Positions 40,950 to 53,954 of a stretch of 64,000 nt of DNA are shown in pieces. The number at the start of each line of letters is the position of its first letter. Position 1 is the first letter of the stretch. Position numbers and translations under genes: made by a program. Source of the DNA: Marsupella aquatica. Taxonomy: Eukaryota; Plantae; Marchantiophyta. A model generated the notes under the pieces. That model did not search any database and was not told where the DNA came from. It saw only the letters and a list, made by a program, of their open reading frames with translations. The stretch spans positions 1,984,860 through 2,048,859 of the forward strand of contig OZ316893.1 in the NCBI GenBank assembly GCA_973895155.1, read 5' to 3'.

Positions 40950-42300
40950 AATCACTGTAGAGGCTAGTGAAAAATTCTTGCCACTTCTTTATGGCCAAAA
41001 GTCATCACCCATGATGATGAAGCTTGATACTCAAGGTATCCTCCATTAATGAGGTTGGGAAGCCACAATGAAGGTGCTTGTGGGAGGTATATTTCCCACT
41101 TTGTAGCAGAAATAAGGGCTTTTCCATTTTAGAGGAGTACTCCAAGCTGCACATCGGATGCAGTGTCCAAAGTTGGGAAATCTAATGCATGATAGCTTTA
41201 TTTTTAAGATGCTTGGAACCCACTGACTTGAGAATGGAAAATCCATAGTGAATTGTGGGGATGTGTTGCCTCTAGCAGATGCGCTGATTGGTAACCCTTT
41301 GCCACCATGAGGCAAGTGAGTGTGAAAGCACCCATAGATTAATGTCCAAGTGAACTGTCTTTGTCTAAAGAATGTAAGTAGAGCAGATGTGGGTAGCGAC
41401 CCCAGAAAATGTATTATGCTGCCTTGGCTTGCAATTGAATGTCAACCTGTATACCACCTTAAGCATTGGGCATGGTGAGGACTGATAACTGTCAACCTCA
41501 ATAACGAAGCTAGCTAGTCATGCAGCTTTGGGACTCAGCCTCTGAATATGCAAGCCCATGACCACCACATAAATTTGTATACAAAAAGCTGGTCTGAAAC
41601 AGAGAGCCAATGTTTGCATTTGCATTTGCATTTGCATTTGCATGCAGCAGTGTGTGTATCATGCGCGCATTAACAAGCTTAAAGACATTGAAGTCTAGTC
41701 GAGGAAATAGTAGGCTCTAGAAATACAATCAAAAGGGACTGAGTGACAATTCAAAAAAAGGAAGAGTAGGGCATAATGAAAGGCATTGACAGACTGATTC
41801 TGGCCAAGGAGAAGCAGTGCCTCAGGTCTTGTTGACCGGCATTTGTAAGGTGGACACAAATCATATTTGCTTGGAACAATCTCAGAACATTGCTGCTAAA
41901 GCGGGTGCTAAAGCCTATTCTAAGGAAAGCTGGTCCACAATGAACCACTTTAAAGTGCTGAAAGAGCTTTAAAAAATCTGACTTACAAAAAAATCTAGCA
42001 ACTGGGGAAACCGTTTTCTGGGATATGGATAAGATTGCAGGATAGAATGTTGGATTGAATGGCCACAAAAAATAAATAACAGGTCACATAAAGAAAACTA
42101 ACAGCCATGAATTGTTGGATGATGCAAGTTCCAAGTCTTCCGTACTGATATGTTTTGTAGTCTAGAAAATGCATATGTTTTCCCCTGCTCAGCCAGAGAT
42201 GAACAGTTTTATCTAAAGGATAGATCCCAGGATAGATGTGTCTGTGGAGTAGGGTTGAGGGTGAAGGAATGTAATGTTGTTGCATTGAGCCAATATGCCT
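40950..42300 (+). mobile_element. Heavily degraded CACTA/En-Spm transposase relic (tentative)
   Basis: The translated fragment CKFQVFRTDMFCSLENAYVFPCSARDEQFYLKD (about 42124-42220) resembles the DUF4216 region of TNP2. The surroundings are CpG-depleted and full of stops. Confidence 0.3.
41613..41643. repeat. (TTTGCA)5 microsatellite
   Basis: Five tandem TTTGCA units. Confidence 0.9.
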
Positions 42301-45300
42301 ATTACAATCTTCCTCAAATATTGGACCCATCCCCAAACTCATGACTTTTCTGCTGGTACTTGGTTTTGAGAAATTTGGAAAACTCTTGCCACTATTTGCC
42401 CAAAAAGAGCCACCAATGCCTGGTTTAAGTAAGTTTGCAGATAGCTTATTTTCAAAAGAGTTTTGCAATAGTACACAAAAAAAGTCACTACCCTTGCAGA
42501 TAGGTCTAGTTGTCTCTAGCCAATATAATTTGCAATGCTATAGAAGCGATGAGTCAGATTTGAAATGCACCAATCAACTTCTCTAGGAAAACTGAGGTTT
42601 GTAGCATTCTTTACTATAATTCACTATCAAAGTGTCCTATTATGACTTATTCCAAGGAGTGAGGCCATAGGCTGTAATATCTCTTATAACAGGAAATTTT
42701 CAGACTTAGACTATGTTTGTGAGTAGGGAAGGGCATGAGGAGTCTGGGTACAGGGAGGCCTCTGTGCTCATATGCATGGGCATCTGGGTTAGGTTTTATA
42801 ATAGCCAATCTCTTTGTATCCATGAAAACCTTCCGTTCTCAAAACAAATCTCAGGAAGTGACAGCCTCCCAAGAAGTTTGAACTTTCAGGGTATTCAAAG
42901 ATGGGTGCAAAGGTGGGACTCATTGATTAACCTGATATCCCCAACGTACCTACAGCCTCAAATGTCAAGAAGTAAATTCTGATCAATCAAAGAGTTGCCT
43001 CATCATCACATGACAATTTTTGATGGAAAACCAATTGGTCCATCTTCGAACACACATGAACCTCCTTTGTCATAGACTAACCCTCCCAGAAGCTTTTCAC
43101 ACTAGCCAGATGCTACCAAACCTTCCCAATTGGCGAAAAATCCTCCCCAGTTCCCTCCAACTTTGGCCTAACCCCTTCAACCCCCCCGAAATTGAGGAAT
43201 CCTTGCCAAATTCAGCAGGGATACAATTTGACTGAATTATTGTCAGATTAGTTTGCTCCCATCTCAACATCCCATTCTTTAACATCTTTTAGAATGAATC
43301 TTTATCAACAGTAGTCTTGCAGGGGGCTTTACAAGAACTCATGAATAAGCCTTCCACAAGTTGTTAAAACCATTCCAAGATTTCTGTACAACGAATGAAT
43401 GAGATATCTTTTAGTCGTCTGTCCATATGTCCGGAATGTTTGCTCATACGAACAGCTTCATTCACAACCACCATGTATCCAGGTCTTCATCTTCTCAAAT
43501 TATTTAAGGTATTCACCCATAGCAGTCGCCTGGCGAGGGTCCTAGAATAACTTGAAGCACCTTCATTTTCTGAAGTAACATGGCACTATCGATACCGATA
43601 CTGATTGTAAATAATATAATCTCATCGAACGAAACGGGGAATTCCAAGTCTCCCAGTTTATATTCCAAACATTGAAACGGCATACAGAGAGTTCTGCACG
43701 AGAGTCCAAATGCAGTCGAGTCCATTTACGTTAAGATTCACGGGCAAGTCTTAAGAAATTTTCCAACCACAATCCAGTGATTAGCACAACAGCAGCACCA
43801 AGAATACGTCAGGCTAGCGTCAACGGAAACACACAATCTGGTTCGAGAGGCAACAACAAGAGCTAAATGAGTCGCCATCCGGAATAACGAATCAGAACTA
43901 ATGGGCAACTCCACAGGTGCAGAGCTCTCGACTGGCAGGCGTCCTTGGCAGTTCAGTGAACCATATTTAAACAGCGTTTTGTAAGAGATCACGTACCATG
44001 GTCATGAAAACTGACGCTGTTGTTCGAGTCAGGAACGGTGGAAAGGCTTGCTTGTGTTAGAGAGAGAATGAATCATCTACAGTAGTCTCCTTCCCAGCTG
44101 GACCCAAAACACTTAATATATAAGTTTTAACTTAGTTTACTCCAATCACTATGTACTCGAGTGGAAACTCTGGATGGTTATTGGGAATTTCTAAAAGGTG
44201 GACTGGGGACGGTTGACAACAGTGTCAGTCAGATTCATAAGTCCCCGCTGGTCCGTTCCTTCAAACTGTGGCAAGTTCATATAAAGGCAGTGCACCGTTC
44301 CAGACAGACAGAAGCAGACATAGAACCTAAGATGTTGAAATCCATGTAGATATCTCAATAACTATTTAAAATTGTAGGAATTTCAAGCCTACCTGGCGTC
44401 AGATCCAACTTATCTACATTTCCAGGTTGTTTCCTCATCCGGCATGATTTGGAGAGAAACAGTGACGTTTATTATGAAGAAACTAGGGTCTTGAAAAAGT
44501 ACAAATGGATCTCATATCCTGGAGCTCTTCGACTTGAGGCATACAGGTTCCTGTGTTGGACTTGAATAAACGAGGGAATGAACCACATGAACACTTTTGG
44601 AACCACATAGGGCTTCGCACAGTATTGCGTCAGTGGAGTTGTGAGTTCTCCCAAGAGATACACACTCTTGGCATTCTCCCGCAAACATATCTGGAGATTG
44701 GAGAAAAGTTGGAGAAAAGTATAGATATGGGATGTCGTAGCAACCTGACGAAAGGCTACTTTAGAATGGTTAACATAATTGTACAAAGACGTCTGCCTAC
44801 ACCCAGAGGTTTGCAGTTTGCCATAGTAGTTGTCCTGTGCCATCACATAACCAAAACCGAAAGTCAGTAAGGATACAGTCCATTGCAGACCGTCGATACA
44901 CATCCCTACTCACTTCCAGTTGATTACCAAAGACGTGACCTCGATGTGATTGCCAAAATCTATCGAGTAAACATCCATCATTAAAGAACAAGATCACATG
45001 AGTTTCAACGCTGAGTTACTTCGAGAAGATTTTAGTAAAGGAGACAAACACAATCTGCGAAACGACTAGTCCGAGCGCATCAGAAACCGGTGAATTTCTG
45101 CAACCAAGAGAATAGTTCTCGTCACACACATCCAAAAAGCAAGAAGGCGCAAGAACACAGAAAGAGAAGACAATTACCCGAGCAATTAGATTATTGTACT
45201 GATGAGAACCCTGGGTGCAATCAGATTCTATTGCCGATATTATCAATATGTAGAACCTCTGACCTGATGTCCCTCATGTAATGGTGGACAAGGTGCAATT

Positions 45301-45592
45301 TCTGTATTAAAGAGCTTAAAACGACTGAAAGTTCCATTCACTCCTTGATTATTGACCTACTAAGCAAAAAGAAGAGTCCAATAAACATCACTATTATTAT
45401 TATTATGACATAGACACATCTCCTAGTTCCGTGTCGAAGGTACAACGCTAGGAAACTTCTCCATGAGCAGCTCTTCCAACAGAATGACAATATTTCAAAT
45501 TTTAAATAACTTGCTTCCACAGATGGCCTGTAGCAAGAGCGCAGCAACTACACAGTTCAATGGACTCACATGAAAAGGAGAACTCTTCAGCT

Positions 45593-47346
45593 CTACTGCT
45601 TCGGATTAGAGGCAAGCATCAAATTCTCGATTTTCAGGAGATGGCTGAGGTTTCGGTCCTCTAATCGCTTCTGCATTACGATCATAAGCACTTGTCACAT
45701 AAGGCGGTTCACCAGCTTGAAAGATACAAAAAAGTGAATATAACAGATTGCTTTTAATTGCTCAGCTGATCATTTCCGTGTGTGACAATGCACCAATATA
45801 AATCTCATCTGGATAAATCGAAACTCACGAGGCCGATGATGATTAATAAAGAAGGGACAGAAAGACGAAATAAAAACATCTTCTGATTGAAGGGGAATTT
45901 CAAGTCAAATCAGCGTTCAGATTGAAATCATCACTGGATCCTTTCTGGTCACTTTGTTATGGGTAGTCAATCATAAATGTCCAGCTTCAAGGTCAATTTT
46001 ACTGTCGGCATGCTGTGCTTACAAAGGTTCACTCTTCTGAGAAGCACAGTCTCTTTCTGTGGAGCACGTGACAATGTATCTCGTGAGCCTCCTACTGTTT
46101 TGGGTCATAGAAAAGTCCGACATTAGCTCACAGTACGAGATGGGCTCTATTGGCGTGTTGGCAGAGAACTAGCGATGCACCTATACAAGATCATTTGCCG
46201 CAAAGGGAGCAAGCCAGCAGTCTACTGGGGAAATGAGATTAATTTGGAAGGATTCAACGTAACCATTACACACATTGAACGACAGAAGCAAAAAAGGTCT
46301 TGTTTCATGTCAGGAGCTATGATTGACTACCCATAACAAAGTGACCAGAATGATTGTACGAGAATGATCTCCCGATATATATTGACTGAACCAGAGGATA
46401 ACAATCTTCTATCGTTCTTGCACAGGATCTCGTCAAGCAAACAAACGCGTGGAAAACATCCACATAGGGGAAGAACTATGTGAAATAACAACACTTGGTG
46501 GCACAACCCGCGTGTTTCTCCCAGCAAGTCTTACTACTTCTGGATTGGCTAAGAGGTCCAGAGTAGTTTATTTCAAGTCCACTATATTCTAGGTTTGAAT
46601 GTTGAATCACATCAAATTTGTGCATCAGTCAAGGATATGAGAATGTTCTTTGTAGCTGATAAGATCATAATGTTCCAGTTCCCGTCAGTTGATGCAGAGC
46701 CTTCACATGGCTGATAAAGTTCTCAACTTACGGTTTCTTGGCATCTTTTTAGAAACTTGTAAAAACATGATTTTAATGTAGAAAAGAAAGACTACTGACC
46801 GAAAGACATGCTCTGTATGCCTCCCACTCCACTATGCATTCCTCCTTCTCCCACTGACCCTTGAGAAACTTCTCTGTGTACCATCTGTCCAAATTAGCAA
46901 ACATAATCGCAACCCATAAGTAAGAATGATAGTTCAAAGCTTTGACTGAAAGTGACCATTTAAAAAACAACAACATGAAATTAGAAAAAGTGAACAGGCA
47001 ACATTCAGAAGCCCACTAACGGATCCACTCCCTTCAGAACACTTGGAACCCAGAATCTTGCAGCGACGATTCAAATGCTGCATTTAAAGAGAAGGAATAA
47101 ACGCCAGGGCAACACCGGTGCTATAGAGCACCTGACTGGCAACACAGCACGAAAAGTCCTGAGAAAAGTTGTAAATCGCTGCACAAGACAAAGAGAGCAA
47201 TTGTACCGATTGAAGCAGTCATTGTATGCTGCCTTCAGAGCAGAACAGGACGGGTTACCACTGTTGCCTTCGCTCTTCACTGACTGAGCGCTGCCTGCAT
47301 TCTCTGCCGCTATCGTCTCTACCCTTGCCGCTGCCGCCACCGCCAT
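45593..47346 (-). CDS. MDM35: Mitochondrial distribution and morphology 35 / TRIAP1 twin-CX9C protein (100 aa)
   Basis: Exons 47346-47207, 46884-46800 and 45670-45593 with GT-AG introns in phase. The spliced protein reads ...SCSALKAAYNDCFNRWYTEKFLKGQWEKEECIVEWEAYRACLSKRLEDRNLSHLL..., with two CX9C motifs and the Mdm35 signature CFNRWYxEKFLKG. Confidence 0.92.
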
Positions 47347-48048
47347 CTATGGACATCGCCAAACCGTTTCCCTCTCTCTGCTGCTCTTCCTTTTGATCCA
47401 ATTCACCACCTCGACACAAAGCAGCAGGCCCTAAGACGACCACGGCAGGAGGAACCGCATCCCATTGGATTCTCAGAGCCCAAACCCCTGCTGCTGAAAT
47501 CAAAGCGCTTGCCGAATCCGCATCGGCTCAAACACTGAAGCCCTCATCCCACCGCAGACACGCCTCGGACACCGCTGCTCTTCAGCTCCGTGCCACACCG
47601 CATTCCATTGCTCATTCATTCATCCATATCCATCTCTCTATCTAATCAATTCAAACCTGCAGACCAGCAACCCGAAATCTTGACATTAAAAAGTCACTTT
47701 GCTCCCACGCGAAGCTATTAGATTTCGTTCGCGACACGGTGGATGCTCATCAAGACAGGTCAACAACCGAATCCGAAGCTCATCTAACAGCGGACTGAAC
47801 GAACGACAGCGTCAATCACGGCGCAACACAGTGGTGAATGTATCGAAGGAAGGCGAGGAGAAAAGTCGAATGTTCGTTGTCCGTCCGACAAGATGCCCTC
47901 CACATTGGATTGAGCACGGATTTTGCAAAAGTGGGAACGAGAATCGCCTTAATCTTTAAACCGCCACTGGCCATAGATATACTGTAGAAGTGTTTGCAAA
48001 AGTGGGAACGAGAATCACCTTAGTCTTTAAACCACTGGCCATATATGA

Positions 48049-48730
48049 TGAAGCTTTATGAAACTGCCTATATGGTGAATCCAATCCACCTTTCTAATTT
48101 TCTAATTTGTGTTCAGTATTTTAATTTTAATGTGACCTTAGTCTTTAAACCACTGGCCATATATGATGAAGCTTTATGAAACTCCCTATATGGTGAACCC
48201 AATCCACCTTTCTAATTTGTGTTCAGTATTTTAATTTTAATGTGCCTTCACTTTTCTAATTTGTGTTCAGTATTTTACTTTTTAATGTGCCTTAACAAGG
48301 TGAATCATTTGTACTAATTTGATTTTGAATTAAGAATTTGGTTCTGTAAATGTTAAATTTTTCCTTTTCAATCACTCCTTATTGAATTATATTTTTTTCA
48401 TGAGAGTGAGACAAATGAATTTGAACAATGTACACTTGTGTACTAAGTTACTCTCATGGTTTACTTTCCAAAATTTATGGTTTTAATTGAGTTGATTATC
48501 ATTGTCTAGAAGCAAGTGAAAGTTTGTACTATATGTGCACAACTCTTTGTACTTTGATCATAATGTGTTTTTCTTTGCATGTGTATGATGTTACTCACTC
48601 TTAATTAAGAGAAATTAATTTATTGGCATATACTTTACATGTACCTTTAGTTTTTTATAGAATAAATCAAATGAATTACATGTCACTACAAGACAAAAAA
48701 AGAGGCATGTTCCATGGATGAACATGCTAT
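48049..48730 (+). mobile_element. Diverged copy 2 of the unclassified interspersed element
   Basis: Shares the 5' motif (CTATATGGTGAATCC...ACCTTTC) and the 3' end (CACTACAAGACAAAAAA...GCATGTTCCATGGATGAACATGCTAT) with the other copies. A ~118-bp tandem duplication (48017-48134 / 48135-48244) spans its left junction. Confidence 0.65.
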
Positions 48731-49075
48731 ATGAGGGGAAGTGTCCAAGACCTCCAAATTTTTTTCCACATTCCACTCACTTTTCTCCTCTACCATGCTC
48801 CACTATTAACCCATTAAACCATCACAGGCCATATCTAAGGGAGAAGTGTCCAAGACCTCCCTCTTTTTTTGCATTCCACTCACTTTTCTAGTGTACCATG
48901 CTCCAGTTTTTCAAAGGAAAGAATTACTTTTAATGGTGGCTACGGGCAACCCATAGCTTTTAAACCACCACTGGCCACATAAAAGGAGAAGTGCGCAAAG
49001 ACTTCTCCCTTTTTCACATTCCTCTCCTCTAGGGTGAGACCTTGCTACACAGTTTTGCCATGGACAGGGCTCTAA

Positions 49076-49315
49076 AGGGAAGGTGTGGTTTGAGGTTACT
49101 TTTAATGGTAGCTATGAGTAACCCATAGCTTTTAAAGGGAGGGTGTGGTTTGAGGTTACTTTTAATGGTAGCTATGGGTAACCCATAGCTTTTAAAGGTA
49201 AGGTGTGGTTTAAGGTCATTTTGAATGGTAGCTATAGGTACCCATAGCTTTTAAAGGGAAGGTGTAGTTTTCAGTTTACTTTTAATGGTAGCTACAGGTT
49301 AGGGTGGTTTAAGGT
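49076..49315. repeat. 60-bp tandem repeat (~4 copies) with internal palindrome
   Basis: Unit AGGTGTGGTTTGAGGTTACTTTTAATGGTAGCTATGGGTAACCCATAGCTTTTAAAGGGA. A detached partial unit lies at about 48924-48963. Confidence 0.92.
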
Positions 49316-49413
49316 TAGTCTTCTTTTGCCAGTGGGGCAAATCTCAGCCTGTGCGAAGGAGAAGATGCAAGAAAAGTTCTATATCTGATTTTCCTATTTT
49401 ATATTCTGAGAAT

Positions 49414-50130
49414 TAGGGGTGTCAAAGCATTGCCATAATCAAAAGCATGGTAACCCTAGATAGATATATCAAGGCCTTGAGTGTGATTATGGAGCATGTG
49501 TCGTGACATATAGTATCGTAGCCATAGTGTATCGAAAACATACAAGTCACCGGCAATGCATATGTGCAAGCTGCTAGCAACCAACATGCATAGAAAAAGT
49601 CCAATCACATTCACAAGTGCCAAGAAAAAGCAACTGAGATGGTATGTACGTAGTGGAGGTGTAAACCTCTGTATTAATAAAAGGCGTAAGAGAAACAAGC
49701 GTACTGAAATCGAATCGAAACCGGCGAGATGCCAAGATCGGCCGGGAGCATCTAACAAATCACTGTGTGAATCCCATGTACGGAACCGACGAGCACTGTC
49801 TGAGCTCTGTCAACAGCGATTCAAGAAGAACTGAAAAATGACAAAGAAAAACATGTCCTAAATAGGACCGGGTCTAGGCGTCACACTAACAAACACCTTT
49901 GCTTCAAGAACGGCCCAGACTCGCTACAAGAACATGACACTAACTCAAGTAGTACACTAGCCCTAACTATACCTAGCGGGCATGCGAGGGACATGCCGAT
50001 GTGCACAAGAGGCACTGTCCCTCGGCATGACACATGTATATCGGTAATCCGTAAGGGTTTTGTCCTAACCATAAAATCATTTTATGTACTTGGCAGTAAC
50101 TCACATACTGCCCTGTTTTGACACACCTTA
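49414..50130. mobile_element. Possible hAT-type non-autonomous element
   Basis: Imperfect TIR TAGGGGTGTCAAA ... TTTGACACACCTTA, with repeated CATGACAC/GTCGTGAC motifs inside. No 8-bp TSD is visible. Confidence 0.35.
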
Positions 50131-50440
50131 TTTGCTCCCCTAGACTTAAGGATGACTATTAGATTCTGGCAAATGGGAAATAAATTACCTGGCAAACTTT
50201 AGTCAAATGTGGCAAAACTGTTTGGAGAGGTAGAATCTAGCAAATTTGTGTCACTACAAAAATGCTGATGAGTATGATGACAGTTTTGCCTACCAAAGTG
50301 ATGCTCCCATGCACCGAGCCCCTAAACCCTGCAACCCCATGGGCAGTGACACACTTCACTCATTGGCACCCATCTCGTTTAAAAAAAGTCTTGAACAGCA
50401 AAGTTTGAAATTAAATATCTCACTTCCTAAACAGACAAAC

Positions 50441-50760
50441 TGGCTAGTTAGAAGCTCATTTGAAAGATTTTTCAAACAAGTCTCATCTCTCCAGGTTTTC
50501 TTTAAGGATTGGATCTTCTTTGGCTAGTTAGAAGCAGCTTTGGAAGGTCTTTTAGACACATAGAAAATCTCTAATTTTTATGAAGAATTGGGACACTTAC
50601 GAAGTTTTGAACATCATTTTGAAAGATTTTTCACACATGTTCAATACCTCTAGTTTTGATGAAGAATTGGGGCTTCTTTGGCTAGTTAGAAGCAACTCGA
50701 AAAGATCTTCCAAACAAATGTGATATCTCTACAGTAGTTTTTCATGATCAATTCAAGCTT
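50441..50760. repeat. Degenerate ~80-bp tandem repeat (~4 copies)
   Basis: TGGCTAGTTAGAAGC occurs at 50441, 50521 and 50679, with matching GAAAGATTTTTC and GAAGAATTGGG blocks. Confidence 0.75.
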
Positions 50761-52127
50761 CCTAGCTGCTGAACTGGTTTGAGAACTGAGAGACCATCCA
50801 CCTGCAGTATCAAATCAATGCAGGAGGCATGTACCATACTAAATATTCATTTTCGTACCAAGATTTTGAGAATTCCTGAATCGGGAGTCCTCCTTTTCAA
50901 GCTCATATGTTAATCCTAAAGTAACTCTGCCACTCCCGCGAAGAACTTCGAGGAATGCTCTTGGGAAATGATTCTGGTTTGCAAGCCATTCATGGAGAAA
51001 TCCAGTTTCAAGCTTGGATGTACTCCTGTAGTACATTGCCGTGAGTAAACTGTTACAATGCTGAGGAAGTTCGAGTCACGTCGGTGGGCATGATTCTGGT
51101 TGCCATCCATCCATGGTGCAAGCCTCGGTTCACTACAGTAGTGCTCTGATGTCTTAGTCGATTCTTTCAGAGGATTGGGTATCTAGTAAGTTGAGTTTTG
51201 AGAACAATGTCCAACATAAAGCTTCGTCCACCTTCAGTAAGAGCATTAACCCTGCCGAAGTGCTATAAAGCCTAAAGGTAATTTGATGAAAGTTCGAACT
51301 TCCAGGAAAGTACAGTCAATACTGAGAGAATGATTAACCATTCCATGACTCCCACAACAAATGTCTATCCAACTTAGGAAACTTCGCCGAATCGAACTAA
51401 ATGCTCCCTCGATACCGCTCATTGCAATGACAGAAATATCTACCAAAAAATGCAAAGTAGGAAGATTTAACACAAAGCATCCTCTAACTGGAACCCATGC
51501 TAGCATCGGAAAGCCTTCTGGAGTAACGAAGACAAATACTCGCCTCTTCCCTGAACTACCAGAAGGATCTCTACTTTTCCTACTGCTAGCGACATGTGCT
51601 TGAATGGAGATTCATTAGAATTTCAATTGGCCAAAGAGTACCAAAGCCTCTGAGCTCCGACATCTGGAGGTGCACAGCTCACCGACACACAGCTTGTCTA
51701 CCCAGCTTGACCTAGCAAATCCGCGTTGTGCCCATCTTTCCTCGTTTCATGACATAACAATAATTAAATTTAGGACAGTCATCTACATCTTCAATCTGTA
51801 CACAGGGGATAATTACACGACAGTCATTTGTACTGCAAATTTAAACTGCATAATCATATTCACCGCCTTTTGCTTCATCTACATCTAAAATTAACTCGAA
51901 ACCTTCTGTTCCGGAAGAGCTTGATACCGACTACTGTAACAAGGTTTCGGTTGACCTATGTATTTTGCGACAACTGATGTGGACCATCAGATGGCCAAAG
52001 AAACAGGGGGTCCTCCCAGCGCAGGCTTTAGAGAGCAGAAGAGAAAATTGCTGGCGACGACGTCTTCGTTCGATTCGCAAGTTTTGCGTATCCAAATGAA
52101 TCCCCTCTCATCGAGCTGCTAACCTAA

Positions 52128-52946
52128 TTAATAGAGATAAGGCACGAGATATTTCCTATCCTTCGGGTAGTCATTGAACTTTGCCATGTACCACTGATGA
52201 GTTGCCACAGCTCTGGGGACGAGGTTTGCCACTGTGTACATGAAGAAAACTAATCCTGCTGGGGACCAGGTGAGTATGGCCCATCCTAACCATTCCACCA
52301 TTTCTCCAAAGTAATTCGGACAGGTCACATACTTGTACAGAAAACCCCGAGGAATTCTATAGCTCCGGTCATGTTCATCCGCTCTGAGGGACAACAAAAT
52401 ATGGTCCGACCAAAAGTTGATGACGAATCCCGTGAAGAACACCAGAGTCCCTATTAAAAATTGAGGAGTTGTCAGCCAAGAGCGGTCATAATAGGAGCCA
52501 TAGTGCGAGAGCCATCGCCCCTGAAGATACCCGTTATACACGTTGAAGAAGAAAGCGCAGGCAACCACCACCAGAGGAATGCCCTTTCCTTGCACCTTCA
52601 TCCGAATAGGATAGATGAGAGTCCTGTTGAAGTAGTGGAACTGGTACATCCTGAGCAGAATCAAAGGAACGAAGCTCAGCTTGTTATCACCCATGGAGAA
52701 GAATAAGATGGTGGCCCACAAAGCAGGGCTCTCCATGATAATCCAGCCTTCGCGGACACCGATCGTGGGGCCGAATCCCTTTTTGACGTGCTTGCCAAAT
52801 GGTGCCGTAACTCTCGATACGACCCAATACGTAAATGCTGATAGGAAACACATTCCCCACAACAACCACGGATAAAACGCCTCATCGGATAGAGATAATT
52901 TCTCCCATATCGGTTCCTGGTGGCCTCCATCCATAACATCGTCCAT
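52128..52946 (-). CDS. DET2: Steroid 5-alpha-reductase DET2 (3-oxo-5-alpha-steroid 4-dehydrogenase), intronless
   Basis: 272-aa ORF with APFGKH, WIIMESP, HYFNRTLIYP, SDHILLSLR, YRIPRGFLY, CPNYFGEMVEWLGWA, NLVPRA and HQWY...F.DYPKDRK. These are SRD5A/DET2 motifs and include the catalytic Glu. Confidence 0.95.
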   Translation of the reverse strand: MDDVMDGGHQEPIWEKLSLSDEAFYPWLLWGMCFLSAFTYWVVSRVTAPFGKHVKKGFGPTIGVREGWIIMESPALWATILFFSMGDNKLSFVPLILLRMYQFHYFNRTLIYPIRMKVQGKGIPLVVVACAFFFNVYNGYLQGRWLSHYGSYYDRSWLTTPQFLIGTLVFFTGFVINFWSDHILLSLRADEHDRSYRIPRGFLYKYVTCPNYFGEMVEWLGWAILTWSPAGLVFFMYTVANLVPRAVATHQWYMAKFNDYPKDRKYLVPYLY

Positions 52947-53045
52947 GCTGTACTGCGCTTCTCGTTATTCCCAGCCAAAAGAGTCCGTCGGCTCCCTTGC
53001 AGCAGTTACTCCCAAGTCTGTTGAACCTAGACAGCCGCAGCACGC

Positions 53046-53051
53046 TTTATA
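53046..53051 (-). promoter_or_regulatory. TATA box of DET2
   Basis: CATATAAAG on the minus strand, about 100 bp upstream of the ATG. Confidence 0.55.
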
Positions 53052-53954
53052 TGTAGGTGGCTATAGAATGCCCCGGGTGGTTCTCGTGGTGTTCCAACTC
53101 GCCCTGTTTCAAGAACCAAAATTTGAGAGCCATAACAACTTGACAGAAAACACGAAACACAATGAAAGAATCAAATTCTAAGTCACGGATCCCCAACAAA
53201 GATAAAGCGAGAGAAGATAGTATACAACAAGACGGCAGGGAGCCGGAAAGAACAGGAACTAGTACAAAGCGAAAATTCTTGAGCCTCTTCCCACGCTCTA
53301 TATCCGTCTGACGGGAAAACCAAGGGGCGGCAGGGCGAAAGACAGGCTAATAACACGGGATCTGTCTCACCCATGTCGAGCAACTGTAGTCATTCACTAG
53401 TGCCCATGCCTAGAAGAGGAGCGGGACAAACGTGAATTCTCAGTGGTTGACTACGGAGTTGACGATCCTTCTTACTAAACGAGTGGGAGACGCGTCATTG
53501 CGTCAATCGTCTCATTGTGGGAGTTGCTCACATAACTCGGAACTCTGTTTGTTGGACAGAGGCGATAGGGTGACACTTTGCACCAATAATTATAGCAGAC
53601 CAGGGAACCCTTTTCCACCGGGCCTTGCCAAAACTACGACAGAAACGAGTATAATAATAATAACCTAGAGTTCCGAGCTCACTCTGGCGATGGCGTACTC
53701 TAGTAGATGCCCTTGCCGACCTCGCCTCAAATCACACTCTTCAGCTTGGCTAGCCCGGCCGGCCGTCCAGCAGCATCAGGCAGTCTCAGGCTTCGTTCCG
53801 GCTTTCCCACACCAACAATGCCACAAAGGTAAACTCAATAATAATACCCACAATAACACCTCGGGGCTTCGACGAACAAGCCCTCAAGACTTCTCCATAG
53901 CCAATCAACCACCCGAGTCACAATAAATCCAGGTTTGCCCATGACGGGCATATT

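Noticed and set aside
44472-44903. 143-aa ORF
   Set aside because: There is no recognisable motif, and it lies in the probable MDM35 3' region.
49076-49315. CRISPR array
   Set aside because: The palindromic units are head-to-tail with no unique spacers, there are no cas genes, and the context is eukaryotic.
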